Below are positions 37,756 to 46,789 of a stretch of DNA of 64,000 nucleotides, piece by piece. The position numbers and the translations under genes are program-made. The stretch is taken from contig JBGARZ010000001.1 of the NCBI GenBank assembly GCA_044229975.1, forward strand, positions 480,001 to 544,000, in the 5' to 3' direction. The notes under the pieces are model-generated. The model saw nothing but the letters and a program-made list of their open reading frames with translations. It searched no databases and was not told where the DNA came from. The first letter of the stretch is position 1. Each line of letters opens with the position of its first letter. This DNA is from Polyangiales bacterium. GTDB lineage: Bacteria > Myxococcota_A > Polyangia > Polyangiales > Ga0077539.

Positions 37756-39078
37756 CTAGATCAAGTTGTGTCTCCGCATGTAGTCGGCGGCGTCGTCGTA
37801 CTGCCCCGACTCGTTGGCGAACTGCACATGGTTGCGGATGGTTCCGAACCACTCGCGCGTCGACGGTCGCAGCCGCGCGCGCGCCGCTTCGAGCATGGGC
37901 ATGGTGATGGGCTCGACCTTGCCCGACGCGAGGCTCTTCCCGATGGCGGCCTCTGCTCCCGCATCGATGAGGTGCTCTAGATCGGCGCCCGACCATCCCT
38001 CGGTGAGCGCGGCGAGGCGCCCGAAGTCCATCGGTCCCTGCGGCTTGTCGCCGAGCTTCAGCTTGAGAATCTGCGCGCGCCCCGCCGCATCCGGCGGCGG
38101 AACGAAGATCACCTGGCTGAACCTCCCCGGCCGGCGAAACGCCGGGTCGACGTCCCACGGCGTGTTGGTCGCGCCGAGCACCAGCACCCGCTCGTTGCGG
38201 CTCGCGAAGCCATCGAGCTCTGCGAGAAACTGCGTGATGACCCCGCGCATCGCGCCCGTCACCAGCTTCGCGCGCTCGATGCCCAGCGCGTCGACCTCGT
38301 CGAAGAACAACACCGTCGGCGCCCGCCGCCGCGCGTCCTCGAAGATCGCGTGGAGCTGCCGCTCGGAGTTGCCGATCCACATGTCGAGCACCTCGTGCAG
38401 CCCGACCGACACGAAGTGCGCGCCGCACTCCCCGGCCGTCGCGCGCGCCATGAAGGTCTTGCCGCACCCCGGCGGACCGTAGAAGAGAATCCCGCCGCCG
38501 CCCTTCTTCCCGTACGCCGCAAACAGGTCGGGCTTCTGGAAGGGCAGGACGATCCGCATCCGGATGCGCTCCTTCAGCTCGTCGAGACCCCCGACGTCGG
38601 CGAAGGTGACGCCGTCGCGACCCGCTGGCGCCGAGAGGTCCTTCGCCGCGCTCGCGGGCTCCTCTCGCGCGGGCACCAACGCGTCCCAGAGCTGCGTGTC
38701 GGCGAGCCCCGGGTCGATGCTCACCGCGCGCTCGTAGTCCTTGCGGGCCTCGCGCTGGTCGTTGCGCTTCTCGTGGATGCGCGCTCGCAGCAGCAGCGCC
38801 ATCGCGTGGTCGGGCGCGCCCGCGAGCACCCCGTTGGCGAAGCCGAGCGCGCGGTCGACGTCGCCCACCGCCAGCGCGCAGCGCGACGCCCCGACGCCCG
38901 CCTCGTCACCGACGACCCGATCGCTCGTGAGCTTCTCGAAGTGGGCGAGCGCGTCGCGGGGCTGCCCCGCCTTCTCCATCGAGGCCGCGACGTGAAGCCG
39001 GAGCGGGGCGTTGTCGGGGGTCAGCGCGAGGGCATCGAGGAGCAGCTTGAGCGTCGGGTCGGTGGGCCGGTCTTGCAT
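37756..39078 (-). CDS. AAA+ ATPase with N-terminal TPR domain
   Basis: FADVGGL, GPPGCGKT, FFDEVD, GATNTPWDVDPAFRRPGRF. TPR-like N-terminus. Confidence 0.93.
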   Translation of the reverse strand: MQDRPTDPTLKLLLDALALTPDNAPLRLHVAASMEKAGQPRDALAHFEKLTSDRVVGDEAGVGASRCALAVGDVDRALGFANGVLAGAPDHAMALLLRARIHEKRNDQREARKDYERAVSIDPGLADTQLWDALVPAREEPASAAKDLSAPAGRDGVTFADVGGLDELKERIRMRIVLPFQKPDLFAAYGKKGGGGILFYGPPGCGKTFMARATAGECGAHFVSVGLHEVLDMWIGNSERQLHAIFEDARRRAPTVLFFDEVDALGIERAKLVTGAMRGVITQFLAELDGFASRNERVLVLGATNTPWDVDPAFRRPGRFSQVIFVPPPDAAGRAQILKLKLGDKPQGPMDFGRLAALTEGWSGADLEHLIDAGAEAAIGKSLASGKVEPITMPMLEAARARLRPSTREWFGTIRNHVQFANESGQYDDAADYMRRHNLI

Positions 39079-39129
39079 GGGCGCAGTGTAGCCCGACCGC
39101 CTTGCGCGCGGCGTCGCCGCGGCGCGGGC

Positions 39130-40878
39130 TCACACCGTCAGCGCCGCGTCGATGAGGAACACCTCCGGCACCACCCGCCGCAGCCGACCTCGCGACACCG
39201 GCCGCTTCGCATCGGCCGCCGCCTCGTCGCGCATCACCCGCGTCCCCTCACCCGTCATCGCCCGCAGCTCGGCCCGCAGCGCGTCGGCCTCTCGCGCCTC
39301 GCCGAGCGCCGCCAGCACCCGCGACTGCCACAGCAGCAGCCGCGCCCGCCGCACCGCTCCGCCCTCCAGCGAGAGCGCCACCCGCAGGTGATCGCGCGCC
39401 GCCGCGAGGTCGTCGCCCATCATCGCGAAGAACGCCGCCACCGTCCGAAAGCCCGGCTCCCGCGGCGCCCGCCGCACGATCTCCTCGAAGCGCCGCCGCA
39501 CCTCGCGCGGAGGGGCCCCTTCGAGGTGCGCCTGCCCCGCCTCGGCGTACATCCGCGCCGTCGCCCGGTCTTCGTCTGTCAGCGCGCCGCCGCGGTGCGA
39601 GCGCCCCGTCCCCTGCCCCGTCGCGGACGCCACCGCCACCTCGCCGACGTCCCCGTCCCACGACCACGGCACCGTCACGTACGGCCCCAGCCCCGCGGGC
39701 GCGCTTCCCACCGACACGCGGATGCACCGCGCCTCGGGCTCCGCCACGATGGCCTGCGCCGCCATCGCCGACACCACGCAGTCCCCCGACAGCCGCTGAA
39801 CGCCCTCCCCCGCGTCGCACGCGTCGGGCGCGCAGTAGTCGCCGAGCAGCGACTCCAGGTCGTCGCCCGAGAGTCCGCCGACGGCGCCGCGCACGCGATC
39901 GTTGAGGCGGTGGTACCGCGCGTCAGAGTCGTTGGCGAAGGCCGCGCTCGTCGTGGTCTGTCCCTCGCGCAGAGGCTCCGCGAGGTAGCGGTTGGTCGTC
40001 GCGAGGTGCTGCGCTTCACGGCGCGCCCGCGTCGCTTCGACGGCCGCTCCGCTGGTCTCGATGACGACGGCGCTGCGCTCGGCAGCCGACGACACCAGCA
40101 GCCCCCACGACGAGGACGCCCCCACATCGCGCGCGATGGACACCGCCTCGTCGAGCGTGCGGGCGCGGCGGACGATCTCGTGGCCGAGGTCGGCGATGGC
40201 GGCGCCGGTCCCCCGCACGTCGCGGTGGAAGCGGGTGTGCGCGGTGATGGTGATGCCCGCCTCGTTGAAGCCGGTGACGCCCGGGAGGTCGGCGCCGCGG
40301 GTCGTGACGAAGCCATACCGAACACCCTCATCGGGATCGCAGAAGACCACTGCGGGTTGAGCGCTCCAGAGGGTGGCGCCGGGGAAGTCGAAGGTGCGCG
40401 CGTGACGAAGCGCGCCGTCGTCGGAGGCGTCGCCCCACACCGCGACGCTCGAACAAGCGGGGATGGCCGCGAAGCTCGCGACGTGAGCGGGGAATGCGCC
40501 CGCGCGACCGAGGACGCCGACGGCGTTCTGGAGGACGTCCATGGTGAGCATCGCGACTGCGGTGCGAGCAGGCATGCCCGCGGCGGCGAGCATGGCCTCG
40601 TTGCGCGCGAGGTAGTTGGCGAAGTGGCGCCCGCGGTAGCGGTGGAGAACCTGCGCGGCGGCGAGCAGCATCGGCCCCACCACCGCCTCCATGGGGCGAC
40701 GCGCCGCGTGCGGAACGGCGAGCGCCAGCATGCGCGCGGCCATCGTCGGATAGAAGGCGTTGGCCGCCTGGTAGCCGCCGAAGCGTCGGAGGAGGGCGCC
40801 GTGCTGGGCGCCCATGTCTCGCTGCGATCCGCGGAGGCGAAGGACGAGGAAGGGGTTCGAGGCGGGCGTCGACGACAT
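39130..40878 (-). CDS. C45 family autoproteolytic acyltransferase/hydrolase (Ntn) with helical C-terminal extension
   Basis: LRGSQRDMGAQHG, A-CSSVAVWG (nucleophilic Cys), HARTFDF, TGFNEAGI, ATTNRY, SDARY. Confidence 0.85.
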   Translation of the reverse strand: MSSTPASNPFLVLRLRGSQRDMGAQHGALLRRFGGYQAANAFYPTMAARMLALAVPHAARRPMEAVVGPMLLAAAQVLHRYRGRHFANYLARNEAMLAAAGMPARTAVAMLTMDVLQNAVGVLGRAGAFPAHVASFAAIPACSSVAVWGDASDDGALRHARTFDFPGATLWSAQPAVVFCDPDEGVRYGFVTTRGADLPGVTGFNEAGITITAHTRFHRDVRGTGAAIADLGHEIVRRARTLDEAVSIARDVGASSSWGLLVSSAAERSAVVIETSGAAVEATRARREAQHLATTNRYLAEPLREGQTTTSAAFANDSDARYHRLNDRVRGAVGGLSGDDLESLLGDYCAPDACDAGEGVQRLSGDCVVSAMAAQAIVAEPEARCIRVSVGSAPAGLGPYVTVPWSWDGDVGEVAVASATGQGTGRSHRGGALTDEDRATARMYAEAGQAHLEGAPPREVRRRFEEIVRRAPREPGFRTVAAFFAMMGDDLAAARDHLRVALSLEGGAVRRARLLLWQSRVLAALGEAREADALRAELRAMTGEGTRVMRDEAAADAKRPVSRGRLRRVVPEVFLIDAALTV

Positions 40879-40928
40879 GGGCGGGACGTTACCGCGACGA
40901 CGGCGCTGCGGTCAGCGTCGCGGGGCGA

Positions 40929-42281
40929 TCACCACTCGACTGGAGCGGGCGTCGGGCTCCTCGTGGGAGAGACCGACCCCCAGCACCAGACGCTGTGATC
41001 GGTCCGTATCGCGCAGCCGCCCCACACGCCGAGGTAGAGCCGATCGACGTGGTCGAGGCCCGGAACGATCGTCGGGCGGGTCACGCACTCCTCCGTGGCA
41101 CTGCTGCCGACACAGCGCTCGGTCGGGGCGAAGCCGAGCGCGCCGTTGTCGCCGTCGCCCCAGCAACGCACGGTGCGATCGACCATGACCGCGCAGGTGT
41201 TGTACGTCCCGGTCGCGATCGAGCGAACACCGCAGAGGCCAGGGTCCGACGGCTCCGTGACTCCGGGCAGCGCGTCGAGGGAGGCACCGTTGCCGACCTT
41301 GCCGTGGGAGTTGTCGCCGAGGCAGCGGGCCGAGCCGTCGGGGAGGCGGTAGCAGAGGTGTTCGCTGGGAGGGCCATCGGCCATCTCCGCTTCGTCCGGG
41401 AGCGCGATCCCCATCAGCGCCGAGTCGCCGGTCTCGTACCGCCCCGATCGACGGCGCCAGACCCACCCGAAGCTACGCCACCACATGGCCGCGACGTCGG
41501 TAATGCGCACCGTGATCGGGGTTGGCCGGGAGGTGCCGATCAGTCGATCGGACCCCCAACAGGAGACGCTCCCGTCACGTCGGATCGCGCAGATGGAGTA
41601 CCTCCCGGCCGCGAGCTGCACCACGTCCGTGAGCCCAGCGACGAGGGTCGGGCTCGGCCGGCAGGGAGTGCCTTCGCAGTCCTGTTCGCCCTCGCGCCCG
41701 ATGCCCAGGAGGCGGGCGCGGTTCGAGCCCCAGCACCGCACTGTCCCGTCTCGATGGCGGGAGCACGTCACGTCCGGGTTGACGGTCACCACCTGCTCCA
41801 CGTCGTTCAGACCGGAGACCGTGGCCGGTGGGACGCCGTATTCGCCAACGGTGCCGAAGCCGAGGCTACCGTTGCGGTTCCAGCCCCGGCAGCGGACGGT
41901 GTGGTCGCTCATCAGGGCGCACTGATGGAGCTGCGAGGCGACCGCGAGCTCCACGACGTAGGGCGCGTCCGTCGCCGCGACGTCCACTGCGGGAACGTCC
42001 TCGTCGATCACGGGGCAGGCGCGCGCCTCGGGCGGCACGTCGCGCGAAGGTGTGACCGCATCGAAGACATCAACCGGAGGTCGGTCGGGCATCGGCGCGT
42101 CAGCGATCGTCGCATCGACGGGCCCCGCGTCGAGATCGATGGCCGGGACATCAACGGGGCTCGGCCCGCTGTCGCTAGCGCTCACCGTCGACGCGCACCC
42201 CGTCGCGATGACCGACAGCATGAAGAGACGCGCGAGCGAATTGGCGTGGCGCACCGGTCGACCCACCAACCACCGTAACAC
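40929..42281 (-). CDS. RCC1/BLIP-II repeat lipoprotein
   Basis: Repeated C.....DGTVRCWG.N..G.LG units and lipobox IATGC. The true start may be 42221. Confidence 0.85.
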   Translation of the reverse strand: MLRWLVGRPVRHANSLARLFMLSVIATGCASTVSASDSGPSPVDVPAIDLDAGPVDATIADAPMPDRPPVDVFDAVTPSRDVPPEARACPVIDEDVPAVDVAATDAPYVVELAVASQLHQCALMSDHTVRCRGWNRNGSLGFGTVGEYGVPPATVSGLNDVEQVVTVNPDVTCSRHRDGTVRCWGSNRARLLGIGREGEQDCEGTPCRPSPTLVAGLTDVVQLAAGRYSICAIRRDGSVSCWGSDRLIGTSRPTPITVRITDVAAMWWRSFGWVWRRRSGRYETGDSALMGIALPDEAEMADGPPSEHLCYRLPDGSARCLGDNSHGKVGNGASLDALPGVTEPSDPGLCGVRSIATGTYNTCAVMVDRTVRCWGDGDNGALGFAPTERCVGSSATEECVTRPTIVPGLDHVDRLYLGVWGGCAIRTDHSVWCWGSVSPTRSPTPAPVEW

Positions 42282-42308
42282 GACGACCTCCGACGCCGAG
42301 AGGCGCGC

Positions 42309-42863
42309 TCACCGCCGCGCGGGCAGCGTCACCAGTCGATCGAGGTACTGCACCAGCACAGGATCAGCCCGCAGCGATGCGACGGCCTCCGCGATGGTCG
42401 CGTCGTCGAGCGATGAGCGTCGCGAGATGAGGTCCATCCCCGCGGGGGTCGCGATGGTCGACTCGAAGGTGATCGCCGCCCATCGCCCGCCCGGATCGAC
42501 CGCCACCACGTCCCACCCGCTGGTGAAGAACACCAGCCACCCCTTACCGCGCCACGTAAAGTGCGTCGGCACCTCCGGGTGCTGCGTGTCGACGCCCTCG
42601 ATGGTCCCGCGCTCGCCATCGCGCACGAAGCCCACCGTGTCGTCGAAGCGCACGCGATCACCGTCGCGCCGCAGGTTGGCGTAGTCGAAGGTCGGCTCGC
42701 GCGGGTCGCCCCCGGTCCACATCGGCAGCGTCGTCGCGATGACGTGCCAATGCCCCTGGATGGTCGCCGCGTCGAGCGACCCCTGACCCATCAACGGCGG
42801 CCTGCGAGGAGCGCCCGCACAACCCAGGAGCCCCATCAGCAGCACCACCGCGGCGCGGCGCAC
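42309..42863 (-). CDS. Lipocalin-like lipoprotein
   Basis: Lipobox LLGC, GHWHVIAT (GxW lipocalin motif), ISR near the C-terminus. GTG start just after the upstream stop. Confidence 0.7.
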   Translation of the reverse strand: MRRAAVVLLMGLLGCAGAPRRPPLMGQGSLDAATIQGHWHVIATTLPMWTGGDPREPTFDYANLRRDGDRVRFDDTVGFVRDGERGTIEGVDTQHPEVPTHFTWRGKGWLVFFTSGWDVVAVDPGGRWAAITFESTIATPAGMDLISRRSSLDDATIAEAVASLRADPVLVQYLDRLVTLPARR

Positions 42864-42864
42864 C

Positions 42865-44079
42865 TCACGCGCCCGCGCGTCGCACCCGTCGGGCGCTCGC
42901 TTCGATGAGCATCCCGTGGAGTTCTTCCGAGCGCGGCTCCCAGCCGTAGCGGTTTTGCACCCGCAGCCGCGCCGCGTCGGCGATGCCCTGCGCCCGCTCG
43001 CGGTCGTGCAGCAGCGCCAGCACCGCCTCGGCCATCGGCGCGCCCTGCTCACCGTACGGCGCCACCACGAGCTGCGTGCCCGCCTCGGCCTCGATGCCCT
43101 CCGCGGCGGCCGGCGTGCACACCACCGGGACGCCCATGGCCATCGCTTCGAGCACCTTGTTCTGCACGCCGCGCGCGACGCGCAGCGGGATGACGCACAC
43201 CGCGCAGCCCGTCACGTGCGCGCGGATGTCGGCGACGTACCCGGTGACCGTCACGCCCTCGATGGAGGCCAGCGCCTGCACCTCCGGCGGCGGCCGCGAG
43301 CCCGCGATGACCACGCGGAAGTCCGGGTGGCGCGCCCTCACGCGGGGCATCACCTCGCGCACGAGGAAGAGCGCCGCCTCCACGTTGGCGTGATAGTCCA
43401 TCGCGCCGAAGAACACCGCCGACGCATCCGTCGGCTTCTTCGCCGCGGGCGCGAAGTACTCGGTGTCGACGCCGTTGGGCAGCGTTCGCGCGTCGCACCC
43501 CGGCGCGATGGCCGCGAGCAGCACCTTCTCGCGATCGGCCGTCACGGTGGAGATCACCGCGCGCCGCGCTACTTCGCGCTCATAGCGCTCCAGCGTCGAC
43601 GCCTCGCGCCGGTACACCGCCCCCATCGGGAAGCGCGCCTCTTCGGCGTAGGCCCGCCACTTGGCCGAGTCGACGTCGACGAAGTCCATCACCAGCGGAA
43701 CGTCCGGGTGCCGCAGCGCGTACGGCGCCATCGAGCTGCTCTCGGCGAGGATCGCGTCGGGGTTGATCTCCCGCACCGCGCGGTCGACGTCGGCCTCGAA
43801 GCGCGCGCTGCCGAACACCGGCAGCGTCATCGGCCGCTCGCCCAGCAGCGACGGAATGGCCTTCACCTTCTGCCAGCGCATGTCGAGCGGAACGAGGTTG
43901 ACCGACGCGAAGTGCCGCCGCAGCAGCGCCGTGTGCGCGACGTCCGTCGGCGGCTCGGCGAAGGCCATGAGGTGCACCTCGCAGCGCTTCGCGAGGCGCG
44001 TGAGCAGGTGGTGCGTGCGGATCTTGTCGCCCTTGTCGGGAGGGAAGGGCGTGCGGTGCGTGAGCGCGAGCACCTTCAT
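42865..44079 (-). CDS. Glycosyltransferase family 4 (TIGR03087-like)
   Basis: HRTPFPPDKGDKIR, DFVDVDSAKW, NGVD, FFGAMDYHAN, ARGVQNKVLEAMAMG. ATGA overlap. Confidence 0.92.
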   Translation of the reverse strand: MKVLALTHRTPFPPDKGDKIRTHHLLTRLAKRCEVHLMAFAEPPTDVAHTALLRRHFASVNLVPLDMRWQKVKAIPSLLGERPMTLPVFGSARFEADVDRAVREINPDAILAESSSMAPYALRHPDVPLVMDFVDVDSAKWRAYAEEARFPMGAVYRREASTLERYEREVARRAVISTVTADREKVLLAAIAPGCDARTLPNGVDTEYFAPAAKKPTDASAVFFGAMDYHANVEAALFLVREVMPRVRARHPDFRVVIAGSRPPPEVQALASIEGVTVTGYVADIRAHVTGCAVCVIPLRVARGVQNKVLEAMAMGVPVVCTPAAAEGIEAEAGTQLVVAPYGEQGAPMAEAVLALLHDRERAQGIADAARLRVQNRYGWEPRSEELHGMLIEASARRVRRAGA

Positions 44080-44702
44080 GACGGCCTCACCCACGCCTTG
44101 GTCACCGGGTCGCGGCGACGGATGATGCGCGCGGGGTTGCCGCCCACGATGCTGTCGTCGGGCACCGCGTCGACGACCACCGAGCCCGCCGCCACGACGC
44201 AGCGCTCGCCCACGTCGGCCATCACCAGCGCGCCGTTGCCGAGCCAGGTGTTGCGGCCGACGCGGATCTGGTCGAAGCGCCCCGGCTGGTCTTGCACCGG
44301 CGCGTCGGGGTCGTCGATGCCGTGCTGGTTCTTGCCCGAGAGCACGTGAACCCCCGAGCCCAGGGTGACGTGATCGTGGAGCAGCGCGCGCCCGATGCTG
44401 CAATTGGCCCCGATGTAGACGCCCTTCGAGATCACCGCGTCGGGCGTCGAGAAGGTCGTCCCCCATTGGATGCACGTGTCGGGGTGGCACTCCGCCAGCA
44501 CCGCCCCGTAGAACGCCCGGCGCACGAGCTGACCCGTCAGCCCCGGCACCATCGCGAGCGCCTGCGAGTACCCCGAGAAGAGCGTTCGCAGCCTGTGCTC
44601 ATCTGCCCCGCGCGTCTCCGCGCGGAAGGCCACCACCACCGGCAGCACCGCGCCCCGCGCCGCCGCGAGCGCCACCATCTTCACCAGTCGTCGCGCGTCC
44701 AT
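44076..44702 (-). CDS. Hexapeptide-repeat (LbH) sugar O-acyltransferase
   Basis: ISKGVYIGANCSI, VGRNTWLGNGALV, VVAAGSVV, IVGGNPARII. Confidence 0.9.
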   Translation of the reverse strand: MDARRLVKMVALAAARGAVLPVVVAFRAETRGADEHRLRTLFSGYSQALAMVPGLTGQLVRRAFYGAVLAECHPDTCIQWGTTFSTPDAVISKGVYIGANCSIGRALLHDHVTLGSGVHVLSGKNQHGIDDPDAPVQDQPGRFDQIRVGRNTWLGNGALVMADVGERCVVAAGSVVVDAVPDDSIVGGNPARIIRRRDPVTKAWVRPS

Positions 44703-44722
44703 CGCTGCTCCTTCGCTGCCCT

Positions 44723-45847
44723 TCAGCGCCGCACGCCCAGGGCGTCGTACACGCGCAGGTACCGCTCCGCCCGCTTCGCCGGGTCGTGCCGTTCCACCGC
44801 CCGCTGCCTCGCCGCGGCCACCCGCCGCGCGCGCTCGTCGGGCCTCGCCACGCAGTCCACCACCGCCTTCGCGATGGTCTCCGCCGACTCCGGGTCGACG
44901 ATCCACGCCATCTCGCCGTCGTCGGCCACCTCGGGGACACCGCCCACCCGCGTCGCCACCACCGGCAACCCGAGCGTCATCGCTTCGAGCAGCGCGTTGG
45001 GCATCGCCTCGGAGCGCGACGGCATCACCAGCATGTCGCACGCCTTGTAGACCACACCGACGTGCTTCTGGTGCCCCAGGAAACGCACCGCAACCCCGAG
45101 GCCGAGCTCCTTCGCGAGCGACTCCAGCATCGCGCGATCGGGGCCGTCACCCGCCAGCGCGAAGGTCACGTCGGCGCCCTGGGAGCGCGCCTGCGCGAGC
45201 GCTCTCAGCGCGAGGTCTTGCCCCTTCTCGTGCGAGAGCCGACCCACCACCGCCGCCACGAACTCCCCCTGCGGGATCCCGAGCTGCGCCCGCGCCTCAT
45301 CGCGGCTGAGCGGCGTCGAGATGTCCCGCGCGTCGACCGCGTTGGGGATCACGACCACCTTGTCGGCGCTCACGCCCTCGTGCTCGACGATGCGCCGCGC
45401 GCTCTCGGCCACGGCCACGACGCGGTTGGCCTTCGGCAACGACCACGCGTCGATACGGTGGTAGCGCTTCACCTTGTCGTTCTCGGCGGTCCACCCGTGG
45501 TGGTGGCCGATCCAGGGGACGCGCCGCGCCGCGCGCACCGCCATCGCGATGAGGTGCGGCTTGTACGAGTGGCTCTGCACCACCTTCGCGCCGATGCGCC
45601 ACGCGGTGTGCACCGCCTTCGCGATGATGGTCGGGTCGAAGGCCCCGCGCTCTTGAATCTCGTGCACCGTCAGCGCGCCATCGGACAGCTTGTCGAGCGG
45701 CGGAACGGGCCCGGCCCCCTTCCCCCGGAGGATGGCCACATGGAGGCGCACGTCGGGCGGCAGCGCGCGAGAGAGATGGATGAGACCACGCGCCGGCCCG
45801 GTGACCACCGGCGCATCCAGAAACGACAAGACAACCGTCGGTGCCAT
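44723..45847 (-). CDS. Glycosyltransferase family 4
   Basis: VIPNAVD, VGRLSHEKG, GDGP, SRSEAMPNALLEAM, TRVGGVPE. Confidence 0.92.
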   Translation of the reverse strand: MAPTVVLSFLDAPVVTGPARGLIHLSRALPPDVRLHVAILRGKGAGPVPPLDKLSDGALTVHEIQERGAFDPTIIAKAVHTAWRIGAKVVQSHSYKPHLIAMAVRAARRVPWIGHHHGWTAENDKVKRYHRIDAWSLPKANRVVAVAESARRIVEHEGVSADKVVVIPNAVDARDISTPLSRDEARAQLGIPQGEFVAAVVGRLSHEKGQDLALRALAQARSQGADVTFALAGDGPDRAMLESLAKELGLGVAVRFLGHQKHVGVVYKACDMLVMPSRSEAMPNALLEAMTLGLPVVATRVGGVPEVADDGEMAWIVDPESAETIAKAVVDCVARPDERARRVAAARQRAVERHDPAKRAERYLRVYDALGVRR

Positions 45848-45860
45848 CGGGATTGGTTCT

Positions 45861-46670
45861 CTACCGTCGCGTCGGGCCGGCGTCGGGAGTGCCAGCGTCC
45901 GTAGCCGCAAGCGTCGGGGCGGGCGTCGGGGCGGTGCGGCCGCGCCCTTCGAGGATCACCGCGCGGATGAGTCCGGTCATGCGCTGTCGCCCGGCGGCGT
46001 TGGGGTGCAGGCCATCATCGGAGAGCGAGTCGGGCAGGTAGCCGTCCTCGTCGCCGAGGGCCTGGGCGTAGTCGAGCAGCGTCTCCTGGCGCATGCGGGC
46101 CTGGTCGCGCACCCACTCGTTGAAGCGACGGATGAGCGGGGTCGCGGTGCCGCGAGCTTCGGTGCGATCCCACGCGCGGGTGACCGGAACGGTGGTGGCG
46201 AGCACGACCTTGCTGCCGTGGGTGCGCACCGCGTCGGCCATGGCCGCGTAGTAGAACTGGGTCTCCTCGAAGGGCGGCGCGTCGGGCAGGAGATTGATCG
46301 CGCACATCTTGATGACGACCATCTCGGGGGTGAGCTGGAGGGCGTCGGGCTCGATGCGGAGGTACTGCTGCCAGACGAGCTGACCCGAGTCGCCGCGGTT
46401 GACGAAGGGGAGCCCGGGAAACTCCCCCGCGAGGTCGAGCTGCTCGGTGATGCTCGCTCCGAGAAACACCACGCGACCCGGGACGACCCCCTGGTTGCGG
46501 AGCCGCTCGTTGTCGGCCCGGTAGCGCCCGCGGTGGGCCGGGTCGCTGTGCAGCGTGTGCCAGCGGTCGTGCCAGGTCTTCGCGTCGGAGCGATAGCGCC
46601 AGGCTTTGTAGGAGACGACGCCGAGGCCGGTCAGGAGCAGGGCCATCGCGCCCTGGAGGAGTCGGTTCAT
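45861..46670 (-). CDS. SGNH/GDSL hydrolase family protein (N-terminal anchor)
   Basis: VVFLGASIT (block I Ser), NRGDSG, DGLHPN. Confidence 0.85.
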   Translation of the reverse strand: MNRLLQGAMALLLTGLGVVSYKAWRYRSDAKTWHDRWHTLHSDPAHRGRYRADNERLRNQGVVPGRVVFLGASITEQLDLAGEFPGLPFVNRGDSGQLVWQQYLRIEPDALQLTPEMVVIKMCAINLLPDAPPFEETQFYYAAMADAVRTHGSKVVLATTVPVTRAWDRTEARGTATPLIRRFNEWVRDQARMRQETLLDYAQALGDEDGYLPDSLSDDGLHPNAAGRQRMTGLIRAVILEGRGRTAPTPAPTLAATDAGTPDAGPTRR

Positions 46671-46789
46671 CGCGGGCGATCACTCCTGCGCGTCGGGTCA
46701 GATGCTCGACACGCGCGGCGCATCATGCCATATCGCCCGGCCACGGCGGGTGCCTGAAACACCGCACGGAAGGAACGTTCCGGTCCACG

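Noticed and set aside
46715..46732. TGGCAT on the minus strand upstream of the SGNH gene as a sigma-54 promoter
   Set aside because: No TTGC at the -12 spacing.
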